DNA of 64,000 nt from an uncultured Clostridia bacterium (GCA_934169775.1 CAKPOI010000001.1:16558-80557), one strand, 5' to 3'; numbered from the stretch's first letter, positions 47,526 to 57,047 are shown. Program-made: numbers and translations. The notes: generated by a model from the sequence alone, not told the origin.

Positions 47526-47585
47526 GGTGCTTTTTGAGTCCGGCCCCAAAAGCATTAATCTTATAAGTCCGGTCCCTAAAGCATC
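47526..47585. repeat. Two tandem GC-rich repeat copies (GAGTCCGGCCCCAAAAGCATTA / AAGTCCGGTCCCTAAAGCATC).
   Basis: Seen directly. Intergenic, between the NlpC/P60 gene and ppaC. Confidence 0.65.
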
Positions 47586-47587
47586 TC

Positions 47588-48523
47588 TTATATGTTTTTA
47601 TCAATTTGTGGTAATAGTTGTTTTTTTCTTGAAACAACTCCTTCTAAAAACATCATATTCTCTTTTAATTCTTTTTCAAATGCTTTTTCTACAATATTAC
47701 TTTTTTCTCCTAGTGCAATTATTTGTGAATTACTATTTAATATGTCTGTTATTGCTAAAACAAATAATACCAAATCTTTTTTTTCTATTTCTGCTTTTAT
47801 TGCTTTTTTTAATTCTTCTTTTCTTTTTAAAACATCTTCTATGCTTACTGTGTTTACTTGTGCTATTATGAATTTTTCTCCGTTTTTGTCTAGGCTTTTT
47901 GCATCTAAGTTAATTAGTTCTTCTGCTGAAAAATCATCTAAGTCTGTTCCTGCTTTTAACATTTCTAATCCATATTCTTCTATATTTATATTTGCTTTTT
48001 TTCCTAATTCTTCTAATGCTTTTTTGTCATGTTTAGTTGTCGTAGGTGATTTTAATAATAATGTATCAGATATTATTGCACTTGCCATTAGTATTGCTTC
48101 TGTTCTTTCTATTTTATGATTACGTTGTTTGAATTCTTCAAATAATATTGTTGATGTACAGCCATATGGCTTTGCTGTGTAATATAATGGTTTTGATGTT
48201 TCGAAATTTGATATTCTATGGTGATCTGTTACATCTAATATTTCTGCTTTTTCTATTCCTTCTACACTTTGACCAAATTCATTGTGGTCTACTAATAATA
48301 CTTGTTGTCCTTCTTCTACTTTTTCTAGTAATTCTGGTGCTTTTATTCCTAAATAGTCTAATACATATTGTGTTTCTTTATTTATGTTTCCTAATCTTCT
48401 TGCTTCTACACAATCCCATCCATCTTTATGACTTAATATTTCCTTTACAATACTTGAACAAATTGAATCTGTGTCTGGACTTTTGTGTCCAAAAACTAAT
48501 ACTTTATTTTCCATTCTAATCAT
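47588..48523 (-). CDS. ppaC: Family II (Mn-dependent, DHH-family) inorganic pyrophosphatase.
   Basis: MENKVLVFGHKSPDTDSICS N-terminus, DHH motifs, size about 310 aa. Confidence 0.75.
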   Translation of the reverse strand: MIRMENKVLVFGHKSPDTDSICSSIVKEILSHKDGWDCVEARRLGNINKETQYVLDYLGIKAPELLEKVEEGQQVLLVDHNEFGQSVEGIEKAEILDVTDHHRISNFETSKPLYYTAKPYGCTSTILFEEFKQRNHKIERTEAILMASAIISDTLLLKSPTTTKHDKKALEELGKKANINIEEYGLEMLKAGTDLDDFSAEELINLDAKSLDKNGEKFIIAQVNTVSIEDVLKRKEELKKAIKAEIEKKDLVLFVLAITDILNSNSQIIALGEKSNIVEKAFEKELKENMMFLEGVVSRKKQLLPQIDKNI

Positions 48524-48536
48524 TACTCCTTCTTTT

Positions 48537-49418
48537 TTATACTTCTTTTATTATATTTTCTAATTCTTCTTTTGTAAACATATATTTTTTATTGCAGAAA
48601 TGACATGTTAATTCTGCTTTTTCATCTTCTTTTATAATTTTCTCTAGTTCTATTTTTCCTATTGTTTTTAAGGCTTCTGCCATATGTTCTTTTGAGCAAT
48701 CACATTCATATATTGGTGTTATGTTTTCTTCTAATACTTTTATATCTTTATCTCCTGTTATTTTTTCTGCTATCTCTTTTAATGTTAGATTTTCATCTAG
48801 CATTTTTGATATTGCTCCTGCTTTGAATATGTTTTGTTCTATGTTTGATATATCTTCTTCTGTAGCATCTGGCATTGGTGTTATTATATATCCTCCTGCT
48901 GATTTTACACCTTCTTTATTTACTAATACTCCTAATCCAACTGCTGTGTTTTTTTGCTCTGATTTTGCAAAATATTCTGCAAAATCTTCTGCTATCTCTC
49001 CAGATATTAGTGGACATATTCCTACATATGGTTCTTTTAATCCTATATCTTTTATTACATTTATATATCCTTCTGTTCCAACTGCTCCACTTACATCTAG
49101 TTTTCCAAATTCATTTAATGGTATGTCTACATGTGGTTCTGTTACATATCCTTTTAGCTTTGGATAATTGTTTGCTGTTACTAATATGTTTCCTGCCGGT
49201 CCGTTTCCTTTTATTTGTATTGTTATTTTATCTTTACTTGATTTCATTTCTGATGCCATTATGCTAGTCATTGTAAGTATTCTTCCAAATGCCGCTGTCA
49301 TTACTGGACTTAAGTCATGTATTTTTCTTGCTTCCTCTACTAGCTTTGTTGTACTTGCACATATTACAGATATTCTTCCTTTATATGCTAGCATTTTTAT
49401 TATTTTGTCTTCTTTCAC
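48537..49418 (-). CDS. hslO: Hsp33 (HslO) redox-regulated chaperone.
   Basis: Hsp33 N-domain and a C-terminal CxC...CxxC zinc centre (YECDCS...CHFCNKKY). Confidence 0.85.
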   Translation of the reverse strand: MKEDKIIKMLAYKGRISVICASTTKLVEEARKIHDLSPVMTAAFGRILTMTSIMASEMKSSKDKITIQIKGNGPAGNILVTANNYPKLKGYVTEPHVDIPLNEFGKLDVSGAVGTEGYINVIKDIGLKEPYVGICPLISGEIAEDFAEYFAKSEQKNTAVGLGVLVNKEGVKSAGGYIITPMPDATEEDISNIEQNIFKAGAISKMLDENLTLKEIAEKITGDKDIKVLEENITPIYECDCSKEHMAEALKTIGKIELEKIIKEDEKAELTCHFCNKKYMFTKEELENIIKEV

Positions 49419-49595
49419 ATTTAATGTCTCCTTTCTCTAGATTTTTTCTGCTTTTTAATATAGCATATTATAATTATTTTGTCAAAATTAGTTTGCATAA
49501 TTTATATCATTGCATGCTAAATATTTTTTTATTTCTTGACTATATTTTTTGATTATTGTATAATTTGAGATAGAAATGGTAAATGTTTTTTAATT

Positions 49596-50522
49596 ATGTG
49601 TGCTCTTTTAAAATTGAAAGGAATGAATTTTGATATGTCTAATTTACCGGTTAAATCAAATGGGAATCTTCCTGCAAAAATAAAATCAAATATTAAAAAA
49701 TCAGCTAAAATTTTAGGATATTCTGCTAGTGTTTTGGCTTTAGGGAGTGTTGCTGTATTGGCTCCAGTACTTGCTGTTCCGTCTGTATTAGGTATGTGTT
49801 ATAGTTTGCAAAAAATTTTTAATTCTACTGTTTATAAAAGTTATCCTGATTTAGCTCTTTTGGCTAGACATTCTGGAAAGAATATAAAAATTGTTCAAGA
49901 TGCTTTTAGACCTGATTTATTAAAACATCTTTTGAAATTGCCTAATCGAGAAAAGGCTGGTTTTATGCAATTACAAACTTTAGTAGGGCTTTCTAAAATG
50001 CCTTATTTAGATGAAAATGGAGTGCCTTTTTCTTTTGAAACTGATTCTCATGGTGTTATTAGAAAATCTTTAATGAATTTGCAGAAATTGGGTTATATTC
50101 AAAATTATCAAGAGTCTTTTTTGAAAAATTCGCATTTAATTGCTCCTAAACTTGCTATTGGTAATTTTAAAGGTATAAAAGATACTGTTGAAATGTATCA
50201 TATTAATTTTGATAGAACTGATAAGCCTATTGATTTTTATGATAAAAATTTACAAAAATCTTTTCCTTTAGTTTTTTCTAAAAAATCTGGTTTATTAGCT
50301 AAAAATAATTTTGATTTAATAAAAAATGATGATGGTTCTTTTTCTGTTGATTATAATTCTGAACATAGTTTTATACAACCTGAATCTTCTGTAAAAAATT
50401 CAGATTTTTTAACTGAATTAAAGGAAAATACACCTTCTTATGAGAAGCAATCTGAAATTTCAAAAGATTTTATTGATAAAAGTAATGATATTCAAAAATT
50501 TGTTGATGAAAAAGATAGATAA
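49596..50522 (+). CDS. Hypothetical protein with an N-terminal hydrophobic segment (true start possibly at MNFDMSNL).
   Basis: ORF only. TM/signal-like segment ASVLALGSVAVLAPVLAV. Confidence 0.4.
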   Translation: MCALLKLKGMNFDMSNLPVKSNGNLPAKIKSNIKKSAKILGYSASVLALGSVAVLAPVLAVPSVLGMCYSLQKIFNSTVYKSYPDLALLARHSGKNIKIVQDAFRPDLLKHLLKLPNREKAGFMQLQTLVGLSKMPYLDENGVPFSFETDSHGVIRKSLMNLQKLGYIQNYQESFLKNSHLIAPKLAIGNFKGIKDTVEMYHINFDRTDKPIDFYDKNLQKSFPLVFSKKSGLLAKNNFDLIKNDDGSFSVDYNSEHSFIQPESSVKNSDFLTELKENTPSYEKQSEISKDFIDKSNDIQKFVDEKDR

Positions 50523-50563
50523 AAAAATGACATGATTATGTTTATTTTAATCATGTCATTTTT

Positions 50564-51808
50564 TTATCTATCTTCTTGATGGACTTGGAACATATCTTTA
50601 CTTTCACCACATACTGGGCAAACCCAAGTATCTGGTAAATCTTTGAATTCAGTTCCTGATTTTATTCCTGCTTTTTCGTTTCCTACCTTTGGATTATATA
50701 TATATTTGCATTGTAAACATTCATATGATTCTTTTCCTGTTCTTTCTGGTGCAAAGTTTTTATATCCTGCTACTATTGCAACTATTACTATAAGTAAAAA
50801 TGAAATTGCTTTCCAAATTCCACTATCACATATTATTATTGCGAACATTCCTAATATTGCACTAATTCCATATAATAATATTACTGCTTGTTTTTGGCTG
50901 TATCCTTTTGCTAATAATCTATGGTGTAGATGTCCTTTATCTGCTTTGAATACTGCTTTTATTGATTTGCCTTTTATTATTCTCCTTACTATTGCCATAA
51001 ATGTATCAAATATTGGTAATCCTAATACTATTAATGGTAATACAATTACTGCTGCTGTATAGGTTTTAGCTGATCCTAAGATTGATATTATTGATAACGA
51101 GAATCCTAAAAAGTTTGAACCTGTATCTCCTATAAATGTTTTTGCAGGTGAAAAATTGTATGGCAAAAATCCTACTAATGCGCCTGCTAATGCTGTTATT
51201 AATACTATTGATATCATTGATGAACCATTTAATACAAATATTATTAGTAATGATACTGCTGATATTACTGATATTCCTGATGATAATCCGTCTAATCCGT
51301 CTATCAAATTTATTGCATTTGTTACTATTATTATCCATGCTATTGTTAATATTACTGATGTTACTTCATGTATTTCTGGAAAGTTTACAAATGGTAATGT
51401 TATTCCATCTATTGTTATTCCTGATAGTACAACTACTATTGCTGCTAATAACTGCCCTGTTAGTTTTGTTAATGGTTTTATTGTTTTTGTGTCATCTACT
51501 ATGCAGAAAATTGCTAATATTATTATTGCTATAAAAAATCCTATTAACTTTTTGGCGTATTGCTCTACTCCAAATAGATTTATTGTTTTTTCTAATGACA
51601 TTACTATTAATAAATATATTGTTGATACCAGAAATCCAAGTATTACTGCTGGTCCTCCAAATTTAGGTATTGTTCTTTTGTGTGTTCTTCTTTCATCTTT
51701 TGGTATGTCTTCTGCACCTATTTTTTTTGCTATTTTCATAGTATATGGCGTTGCTACAAATGCTACTACAAATGCAAGTATAAATGCAATGGCTATATCT
51801 CCCCACAT
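50564..51808 (-). CDS. MraY/WecA-family (GT4) undecaprenyl-phosphate HexNAc-1-phosphate transferase fused to a C-terminal rubredoxin-like zinc ribbon.
   Basis: GT4 motifs (NAINLIDGLDGL, DTGS). C-terminal CLQC...CPVCG. Confidence 0.7.
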   Translation of the reverse strand: MWGDIAIAFILAFVVAFVATPYTMKIAKKIGAEDIPKDERRTHKRTIPKFGGPAVILGFLVSTIYLLIVMSLEKTINLFGVEQYAKKLIGFFIAIIILAIFCIVDDTKTIKPLTKLTGQLLAAIVVVLSGITIDGITLPFVNFPEIHEVTSVILTIAWIIIVTNAINLIDGLDGLSSGISVISAVSLLIIFVLNGSSMISIVLITALAGALVGFLPYNFSPAKTFIGDTGSNFLGFSLSIISILGSAKTYTAAVIVLPLIVLGLPIFDTFMAIVRRIIKGKSIKAVFKADKGHLHHRLLAKGYSQKQAVILLYGISAILGMFAIIICDSGIWKAISFLLIVIVAIVAGYKNFAPERTGKESYECLQCKYIYNPKVGNEKAGIKSGTEFKDLPDTWVCPVCGESKDMFQVHQEDR

Positions 51809-51831
51809 ATTAATACCCCCATATCCTATAT

Positions 51832-52287
51832 TTATTTCATATTATTTTTTTCTATTTCTTCTATCATTTTTAGCCTTTCTTGGTATTTTCCACCTTTGAA
51901 TTCTGAGGCTAACCAATTTCTTATTATGCATATTGCTTCATTTTCTGTTAAATAGTCTGCTCCTAATGTTATTACATTTATGTCATCATCTGCTTTTGCA
52001 AATTTGGCTGATTCTTCATTATATATTGCTGCTGCTCTTATTCCTTTGAATTTGTTTGCTGCTACTGTCATTCCAAATCCTGAGCGACATATTAATATTC
52101 CTTTTTCTGCTTCTTTTTGTTGTATTGCTTCTGCTACCTTTTTGGCATATATTGGATAGTCTGTTCTTTCTTCACTGTTTGTTCCATAGTCTTTATATTT
52201 TATTTCTTTTTCTTCTAAATATCTTTTTATTTTTTCTTTTAATTGGTATCCTCCATGGTCGCTTCCGATTGCTATCATTTTTATCAC
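51832..52287 (-). CDS. rpiB: Ribose-5-phosphate isomerase B (RpiB/LacAB family).
   Basis: MIAIGSDHGGYQLK...CRSGFGMTVAANK. Confidence 0.85.
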   Translation of the reverse strand: MIKMIAIGSDHGGYQLKEKIKRYLEEKEIKYKDYGTNSEERTDYPIYAKKVAEAIQQKEAEKGILICRSGFGMTVAANKFKGIRAAAIYNEESAKFAKADDDINVITLGADYLTENEAICIIRNWLASEFKGGKYQERLKMIEEIEKNNMK

Positions 52288-52497
52288 TTCTCCTTGTTTT
52301 TTTTATATATAAATTTATGCTACACAGAATTTTACTGGAAAATCTTTGTTTTTTTAGCTTCCTTATTTCTTTTTTGTAGTTTTATTTTCATTTGTAATGT
52401 TAATCTTGTCCTTTTTTCTTTTCTTCTACAATATATCATACTTGCCTTTACTTTACAAGGAATTTTTTAAATTTCTGTGTAATTTTTCTGTAAACAC

Positions 52498-52526
52498 TTG
52501 CCAAATGTGAAAAAGTATGGTAGAAT
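52498..52526 (+). promoter_or_regulatory. Sigma-A-type promoter for rpsT: TTGCCA, 17-bp spacer, TGn-TAGAAT.
   Basis: -35 TTGCCA at 52498-52503. Extended -10 TGGTAGAAT ends at 52526. RBS AGGAGG upstream of the ATG at 52571. Confidence 0.5.
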
Positions 52527-52570
52527 GTCTAATGTTATAGTGTAATATTGACTAAGAGGAGGTGCTAGAT

Positions 52571-52837
52571 ATGCCAAATATTAAATCAGCAAAAAAGAGA
52601 GTTAAAGTAATTGAGAAAAAAACTTTAAGAAATAATATGATAAAATCTGGATATAAATCAGCTATTAAAAATTTTGAACAAGCTATCGAAGCTGGAAATA
52701 TGGATGAAGCTAAAAAATTATTTTCAGAAGCTACTAAAAAAATTGATCAAGCTTGTACAAAAGGTGTTATTGTTAAAAACACTGCTGCTAGAAAAAAATC
52801 TAGTTTATCAAAAAAATTAAATGCAGCTATGGCTTAA
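52571..52837 (+). CDS. rpsT: 30S ribosomal protein S20.
   Basis: [13 protein letters not shown]... K/A-rich sequence. 88 aa. Confidence 0.9.
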   Translation: MPNIKSAKKRVKVIEKKTLRNNMIKSGYKSAIKNFEQAIEAGNMDEAKKLFSEATKKIDQACTKGVIVKNTAARKKSSLSKKLNAAMA

Positions 52838-52880
52838 GTTTAATTTAAAATAAAGATTATGCATAGTTTTTATTAGAAAA

Positions 52881-52918
52881 AGATTATTGAATTTTGTAAA
52901 TTTCAATAATCTTTTTTG
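52881..52918 (+). terminator. Rho-independent terminator of rpsT.
   Basis: AGATTATTGAA...TTCAATAATCT stem followed by T6. Confidence 0.6.
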
Positions 52919-52950
52919 TTTTATTTAGCTCTAGTGTATTTTATTTTTTA

Positions 52951-54627
52951 TTATATTAATTGCATTTTTACTTCTTTTCCTTTAAATGCAAATACCATTT
53001 TTGTTATGTTTGTATATCCTTTTTCTTGTAGATCTTCTTCATATTTTCTTTCTTCTATTTGCTTTTTGGCATTTTCTATTGTGTCTTCTATATCTTTTTC
53101 TCTGTCCTCTTTGTATACTTTAAATTCCATTATAAAGCTGTTTCCGTTTTTGTCTTTTGGTTCTAACATTATATCGTATCTTCCATATCCTGATTCTCTA
53201 TTGGATTTTACATAGTAGCTGTCTTTTAAGCCTACTAACATTCCTAATACAAATGCATGGTAAAAGTTTTCTGCTGTGTTTTCGCCTACATCCATATAAC
53301 TGAACATTTGAGTTACTAGTACCTTGAATTTTGTTTCAAATTCATCTAAATTTAATGTTATTAAGTCTTTTAATATTGTATTTAAATTGTTTCCTATTAC
53401 TTTATCATTAAACCATTCTCTTATTATGGTTTGAAATAAGAATTTTATTTCATAATTTGGTATTTTTACTTTGTATATTCCTGTTGCTAAATCTACTACT
53501 TCTGTTACTTTTAAATATCCTGTTCCTAATAATAGTCCCCAGATATTTTCTTCGTTTTGCTCTATTCCTACTATTACTGTGTCTAAATTTATTGGTACTT
53601 CTATTTCTTCATCTCGTAATAATTGCTCTATTTTTTCTTTTACTGTTACACTATTTTTTAGTATTAATTTTATTAAGTCATTTGAACTTGTGTTTACCCA
53701 ATATGGCATTAATTTTCTGTCTGTTAAATAGTTTAATATGCTCCATGGATTATATATTCCTTCTGTGTTTCCTATTGTGTATCCATCATACCACTTTTTA
53801 ATTTCGTCTTTTTCGTCTTGTATTTCAAAATCTTGTATAATTTTATCCATTTCTTTTTCTGTTATTCCAAAGTCATCACTGAATTCGTCATCTAATACTG
53901 TATATACTTTAAAGTTATTTGCTCCACTAAATATGCTTTCTTTTGCTACTCTTGATACTCCTGTTAATACTGTTTTTTCTAAATATGGATTGTCCTTAAA
54001 TGTCGTTCCATAAAATATTTTGAAAAATGATATTCCTTTTTCATAATAACTATTTACATATGCTGTTTGTAAAGGTACATCATATTCATCTAAAAATAAC
54101 ATTACTGGTTTATCATAATAGCGTGATAAATATTCGCTCAAATCTTTTACACTATTTTTTAAGGTTACTTCATCTTCTCTAAAATATAATATATCATTTA
54201 TTTTTTCTTTTTCAAATGGATATATCTTATCACTATCTAACAAGTACATATGTTCTTTATATGTATTTAACATTGCTGTTTTCATATTTAGTATCATGTT
54301 TTCATATGTGCTTTCGTTTACATCTTTTAATGTTATGTATATACATGGATAATATCCTAGCTTTGATGTGTATTTTTCATCTTGTTCCATTATTTTTAGG
54401 CCTTCAAATATTTCTTTACTGTCTTTTTTTGTACAGTCAAAATAGTATTTTAACATACTCATGTTTAGCGTTTTTCCGAATCTTCTTGGTCTTGTTACTA
54501 ATATTACTGATGCCTCATTGTCTATTATATCTTTTATATACATGGTTTTGTCTATATAATAGTTTTTTCTTATTCTTAATGCTTTAAAATCACTTTGCCC
54601 TATTCCTATTCCATACATATACCTCAC
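52951..54627 (-). CDS. AAA-ATPase-like / PD-(D/E)XK nuclease family protein (DUF1703-type), 558 aa. Intact copy of the remnant at 15179..15775.
   Basis: N-terminal YGIGIGQSDFKALR...VTRPRRFGKTLNMSML (AAA-ATPase-like). C-terminal nuclease-like region (FDIM...EFKV). Confidence 0.65.
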   Translation of the reverse strand: MRYMYGIGIGQSDFKALRIRKNYYIDKTMYIKDIIDNEASVILVTRPRRFGKTLNMSMLKYYFDCTKKDSKEIFEGLKIMEQDEKYTSKLGYYPCIYITLKDVNESTYENMILNMKTAMLNTYKEHMYLLDSDKIYPFEKEKINDILYFREDEVTLKNSVKDLSEYLSRYYDKPVMLFLDEYDVPLQTAYVNSYYEKGISFFKIFYGTTFKDNPYLEKTVLTGVSRVAKESIFSGANNFKVYTVLDDEFSDDFGITEKEMDKIIQDFEIQDEKDEIKKWYDGYTIGNTEGIYNPWSILNYLTDRKLMPYWVNTSSNDLIKLILKNSVTVKEKIEQLLRDEEIEVPINLDTVIVGIEQNEENIWGLLLGTGYLKVTEVVDLATGIYKVKIPNYEIKFLFQTIIREWFNDKVIGNNLNTILKDLITLNLDEFETKFKVLVTQMFSYMDVGENTAENFYHAFVLGMLVGLKDSYYVKSNRESGYGRYDIMLEPKDKNGNSFIMEFKVYKEDREKDIEDTIENAKKQIEERKYEEDLQEKGYTNITKMVFAFKGKEVKMQLI

Positions 54628-54727
54628 ACTCCTTGGTTTTCATGTTTACATTGTACTATATTTTTTTTATTTTGTCTATGTTTTTATTTCTACATTTTTC
54701 GACAGTCTTATGTTTTTTGAGTTATTT

Positions 54728-54976
54728 TTATTTGCTTTTTACTAGCTCTTTTATAACTATTTGTTTTTCTTCTATTCTTCCTTCTATCCATATTATATCT
54801 TCTTTTTTTAATTTTCTATAGCATTTGTCTGCTATCTCGTTATATCCTATTACTTTTATTTTTGATTTGTTATCTAATTCTATTTCAAATATTATTACTG
54901 CATCTGCATTTCTTATAAATGTAAATTTATATTCTGGTTCTGTTATTATTTTTCCTTTTATAAAACATATATTCAT
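54728..54976 (-). CDS. Hypothetical small protein (82 aa), possibly an OB-fold.
   Basis: ORF only. Confidence 0.3.
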   Translation of the reverse strand: MNICFIKGKIITEPEYKFTFIRNADAVIIFEIELDNKSKIKVIGYNEIADKCYRKLKKEDIIWIEGRIEEKQIVIKELVKSK

Positions 54977-55181
54977 TTCTTTTTCCTTTTTTTATTTACT
55001 TGCGTAAAATAAATACATTCAATTTCTTTACTAATATTTATTTTACTGATTCTTTTTTACCTATTCTTATTATTTTTTCTATTTTTATATATTTAATAAT
55101 TTCGGAAGGAATAAATCTCTTTAATACTAATACCTTTACTGTATATATTCCGTAAAATATATAATCTGAAATTTGTATTAG

Positions 55182-55315
55182 AGTGCTGGACGGAAACTAA
55201 TATTGTTGTTGCTGTTAGTCGTGCTATTGTTATTACGGTTAGAGGCTGGATTATTAGAGCCTGTATTGTTGTAATTGCCTCCCCTGTTGGCACAAGGATT
55301 GCTACTGTTGGAAGT
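55182..55315 (-). other. DGR template repeat (TR), 134 bp, located 68 bp downstream of the RT gene.
   Basis: 134-bp homology to 57061-57194 (VR). All 16 differences lie at TR adenines (sense strand). The TR is rich in AAC/AAT codons. Homology ends at ...AGTGCTGG. Confidence 0.85.
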
Positions 55316-55383
55316 TTTCGATTTATCCCTAATTTTCTTTTTTTGTTTATATTGTAATATTAAATTAAGTTATTTTATATTTT

Positions 55384-56169
55384 TTATTCTATGTAAAATA
55401 ATTTGTTTGTTAAATTGTATACATTTGCTATTTGTATATATCCCATATGTCCTGCTAAATATTTTTTTGCTTCTTGTTTTGTTTTTACAAATATTATGCT
55501 GTCGTCCAAATATCTTTTATAATATTTTATTTTTAACTTATGCTTTATGTATTGGTCTACTTCATTTAAATATATGTTTGCAAACATTTGTGATGTGTAA
55601 TTTCCTATTTCTAATCCTTTTGGTCTTTTCTGTGCATATATTATTTCTTCTAATAACCATATTACATCTTTGTCTTTTATTTTTCTTTTTAATATTTTTA
55701 GTAATGTTTGTTTGTCTATATTATCAAAATATTTTGATATATCCATTTTTAGTATATAATATTCTCCCCATTTAGCTTTACAGTGTTTCATTGTTTTTTG
55801 TGTGTCTAAACATGCTTTATGCATTCCTCTGTTTTTTATACATGCATATGTGGTTTTTATAAATTGTGGTACATATGCTGGTTCTAAAAATTTGTCTACT
55901 ACCCATCTGTGTACTATTCTGTCTATATATCTTGATTTTTCTATTTTTCTTACTTTTGGTTCTGTTACATAAAATTCTGTATATCCTCCATGCCTGTATG
56001 TTTTGGTTTTTAGTTTTTCTAATAGCCACATTATATATTCTTCTTGTTTTAAATTAAATTCTATTATTTCTTTTCTATAGCCTTTTCCTTTTTGTGATTC
56101 TTTATGTGCAAGCATTAGTTTTTCGTATGTTAGGTTTTCTTCATATTTGTTTCGTATCGTTTTTGGCAT
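55384..56169 (-). CDS. Diversity-generating retroelement reverse transcriptase (261 aa; short, thumb region reduced).
   Basis: RT motifs 1-5 with the DGR-specific IGNYTSQ motif 4 ([I/L/V]GxxxSQ instead of QGxxxSP) and a YLDD catalytic box. The N-terminus aligns with Bordetella bRT-like RTs. Confidence 0.8.
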   Translation of the reverse strand: MPKTIRNKYEENLTYEKLMLAHKESQKGKGYRKEIIEFNLKQEEYIMWLLEKLKTKTYRHGGYTEFYVTEPKVRKIEKSRYIDRIVHRWVVDKFLEPAYVPQFIKTTYACIKNRGMHKACLDTQKTMKHCKAKWGEYYILKMDISKYFDNIDKQTLLKILKRKIKDKDVIWLLEEIIYAQKRPKGLEIGNYTSQMFANIYLNEVDQYIKHKLKIKYYKRYLDDSIIFVKTKQEAKKYLAGHMGYIQIANVYNLTNKLFYIE

Positions 56170-56530
56170 AGTATTTTATTAGTCCTCCTAATATTTTTCC
56201 TATTTCATATATTTGCTCCATTGCTATTCTGAATTTCTTTTCATCTATCCATTGGTTCTTTTTCATTATTCTTAAATAAATTCTTTGTGTATTTAGTTCT
56301 GCATCTATATGGTTTAATGTTTCTATTATTTGACTTTTTTCTCCTTTACCTATTTTGTTTATATACATTATTTTTCTTATCATTTGATACATACTTTGTT
56401 TATATTCGTTTCCTATACTAAATTTTTCTATTCTTGGAAGTTTTATTATTACCTGTAATATGTATTCTATATATTTTTCTGCCTTTGGTATTAATTGTAG
56501 TTTATTTTCTTTTTCACTCTTTTTATCCAT
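56141..56530 (-). CDS. avd: Avd-like accessory variability determinant (129-aa basic helical-bundle protein); overlaps the RT start.
   Basis: Size, basic helical character, and its position immediately upstream of and overlapping the DGR RT. Confidence 0.55.
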   Translation of the reverse strand: MDKKSEKENKLQLIPKAEKYIEYILQVIIKLPRIEKFSIGNEYKQSMYQMIRKIMYINKIGKGEKSQIIETLNHIDAELNTQRIYLRIMKKNQWIDEKKFRIAMEQIYEIGKILGGLIKYYAKNDTKQI

Positions 56531-56779
56531 TTAATCGTTTTCCTTTTTATTGCTTCTATATTCTTTTTCTTCTAATTTTTTCATATATGTTTCTATTGAA
56601 TTTACTGGTATTCCTATTTTACATACTTCTGGTTCCATGCATAATAACTTTAACCCTAATATTTCGTTTAATTTTACTGCGTCTTTTCCTCTCGCTAAAT
56701 AAAATGCTCCTGCATTTGTCAATATTATGTATCCTTTATTTTTTTCTTGTAATAATTCTAACATTTTACTAAATCCCAT
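56531..56779 (-). CDS. Small protein resembling MutS mismatch-binding domain I (82 aa); first gene of the avd-RT operon.
   Basis: AGAFYLARGKDAVKLNEILGLKL...IGIPVNSIETYMKKL aligns with MutS domain I ([23 protein letters not shown]...AGIPYHAVENYLAKL). The mismatch-contacting Glu is replaced by Leu. Confidence 0.35.
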   Translation of the reverse strand: MGFSKMLELLQEKNKGYIILTNAGAFYLARGKDAVKLNEILGLKLLCMEPEVCKIGIPVNSIETYMKKLEEKEYRSNKKEND

Positions 56780-56843
56780 TTTCTACCTCCTGCTTTGTTT
56801 TATTTTTAAAGCTGGCGCGGTTCGTTTTTTTGCCTGAAAGCTC

Positions 56844-56880
56844 AAAAAAAACGCTACCGCCAGGTAGCGCTACCTCCAGG
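56844..56880 (-). terminator. Rho-independent terminator about 170 bp downstream of the DGR target gene.
   Basis: Minus strand reads CGCTACC-TGGC-GGTAGCG followed by T8. Confidence 0.55.
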
Positions 56881-57047
56881 TGAAAAATTGTATTTCTGGA
56901 TTTACCAAGAACAAGTTCTTGATAAATTCTGTCCTTCAATTTTCCACCTGCCTCTAGCGTATTTCATTCGCTAGAGGGTACTTATTATTCAATTTACCGG
57001 CTATAAAATGGCTCTCTCGCCTATTTTATAATCACGGGCTTTAGCTT

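Noticed and set aside
55093-55293. ORFs 55093..55293 and 57053..57235 (about 60 aa, MPTGEAITTIQALIIQ... and its twin).
   Set aside because: They are alternate-frame read-throughs of the TR and VR. Their similarity reflects the TR/VR repeat, not a coding gene.
56801-57047. GC-rich region downstream of the DGR target as a tRNA or other RNA gene.
   Set aside because: No cloverleaf or anticodon arm. The sequence is explained by a rho-independent terminator (CGCTACC-TGGC-GGTAGCG-T8 on the minus strand) plus an additional hairpin (56951-56978).
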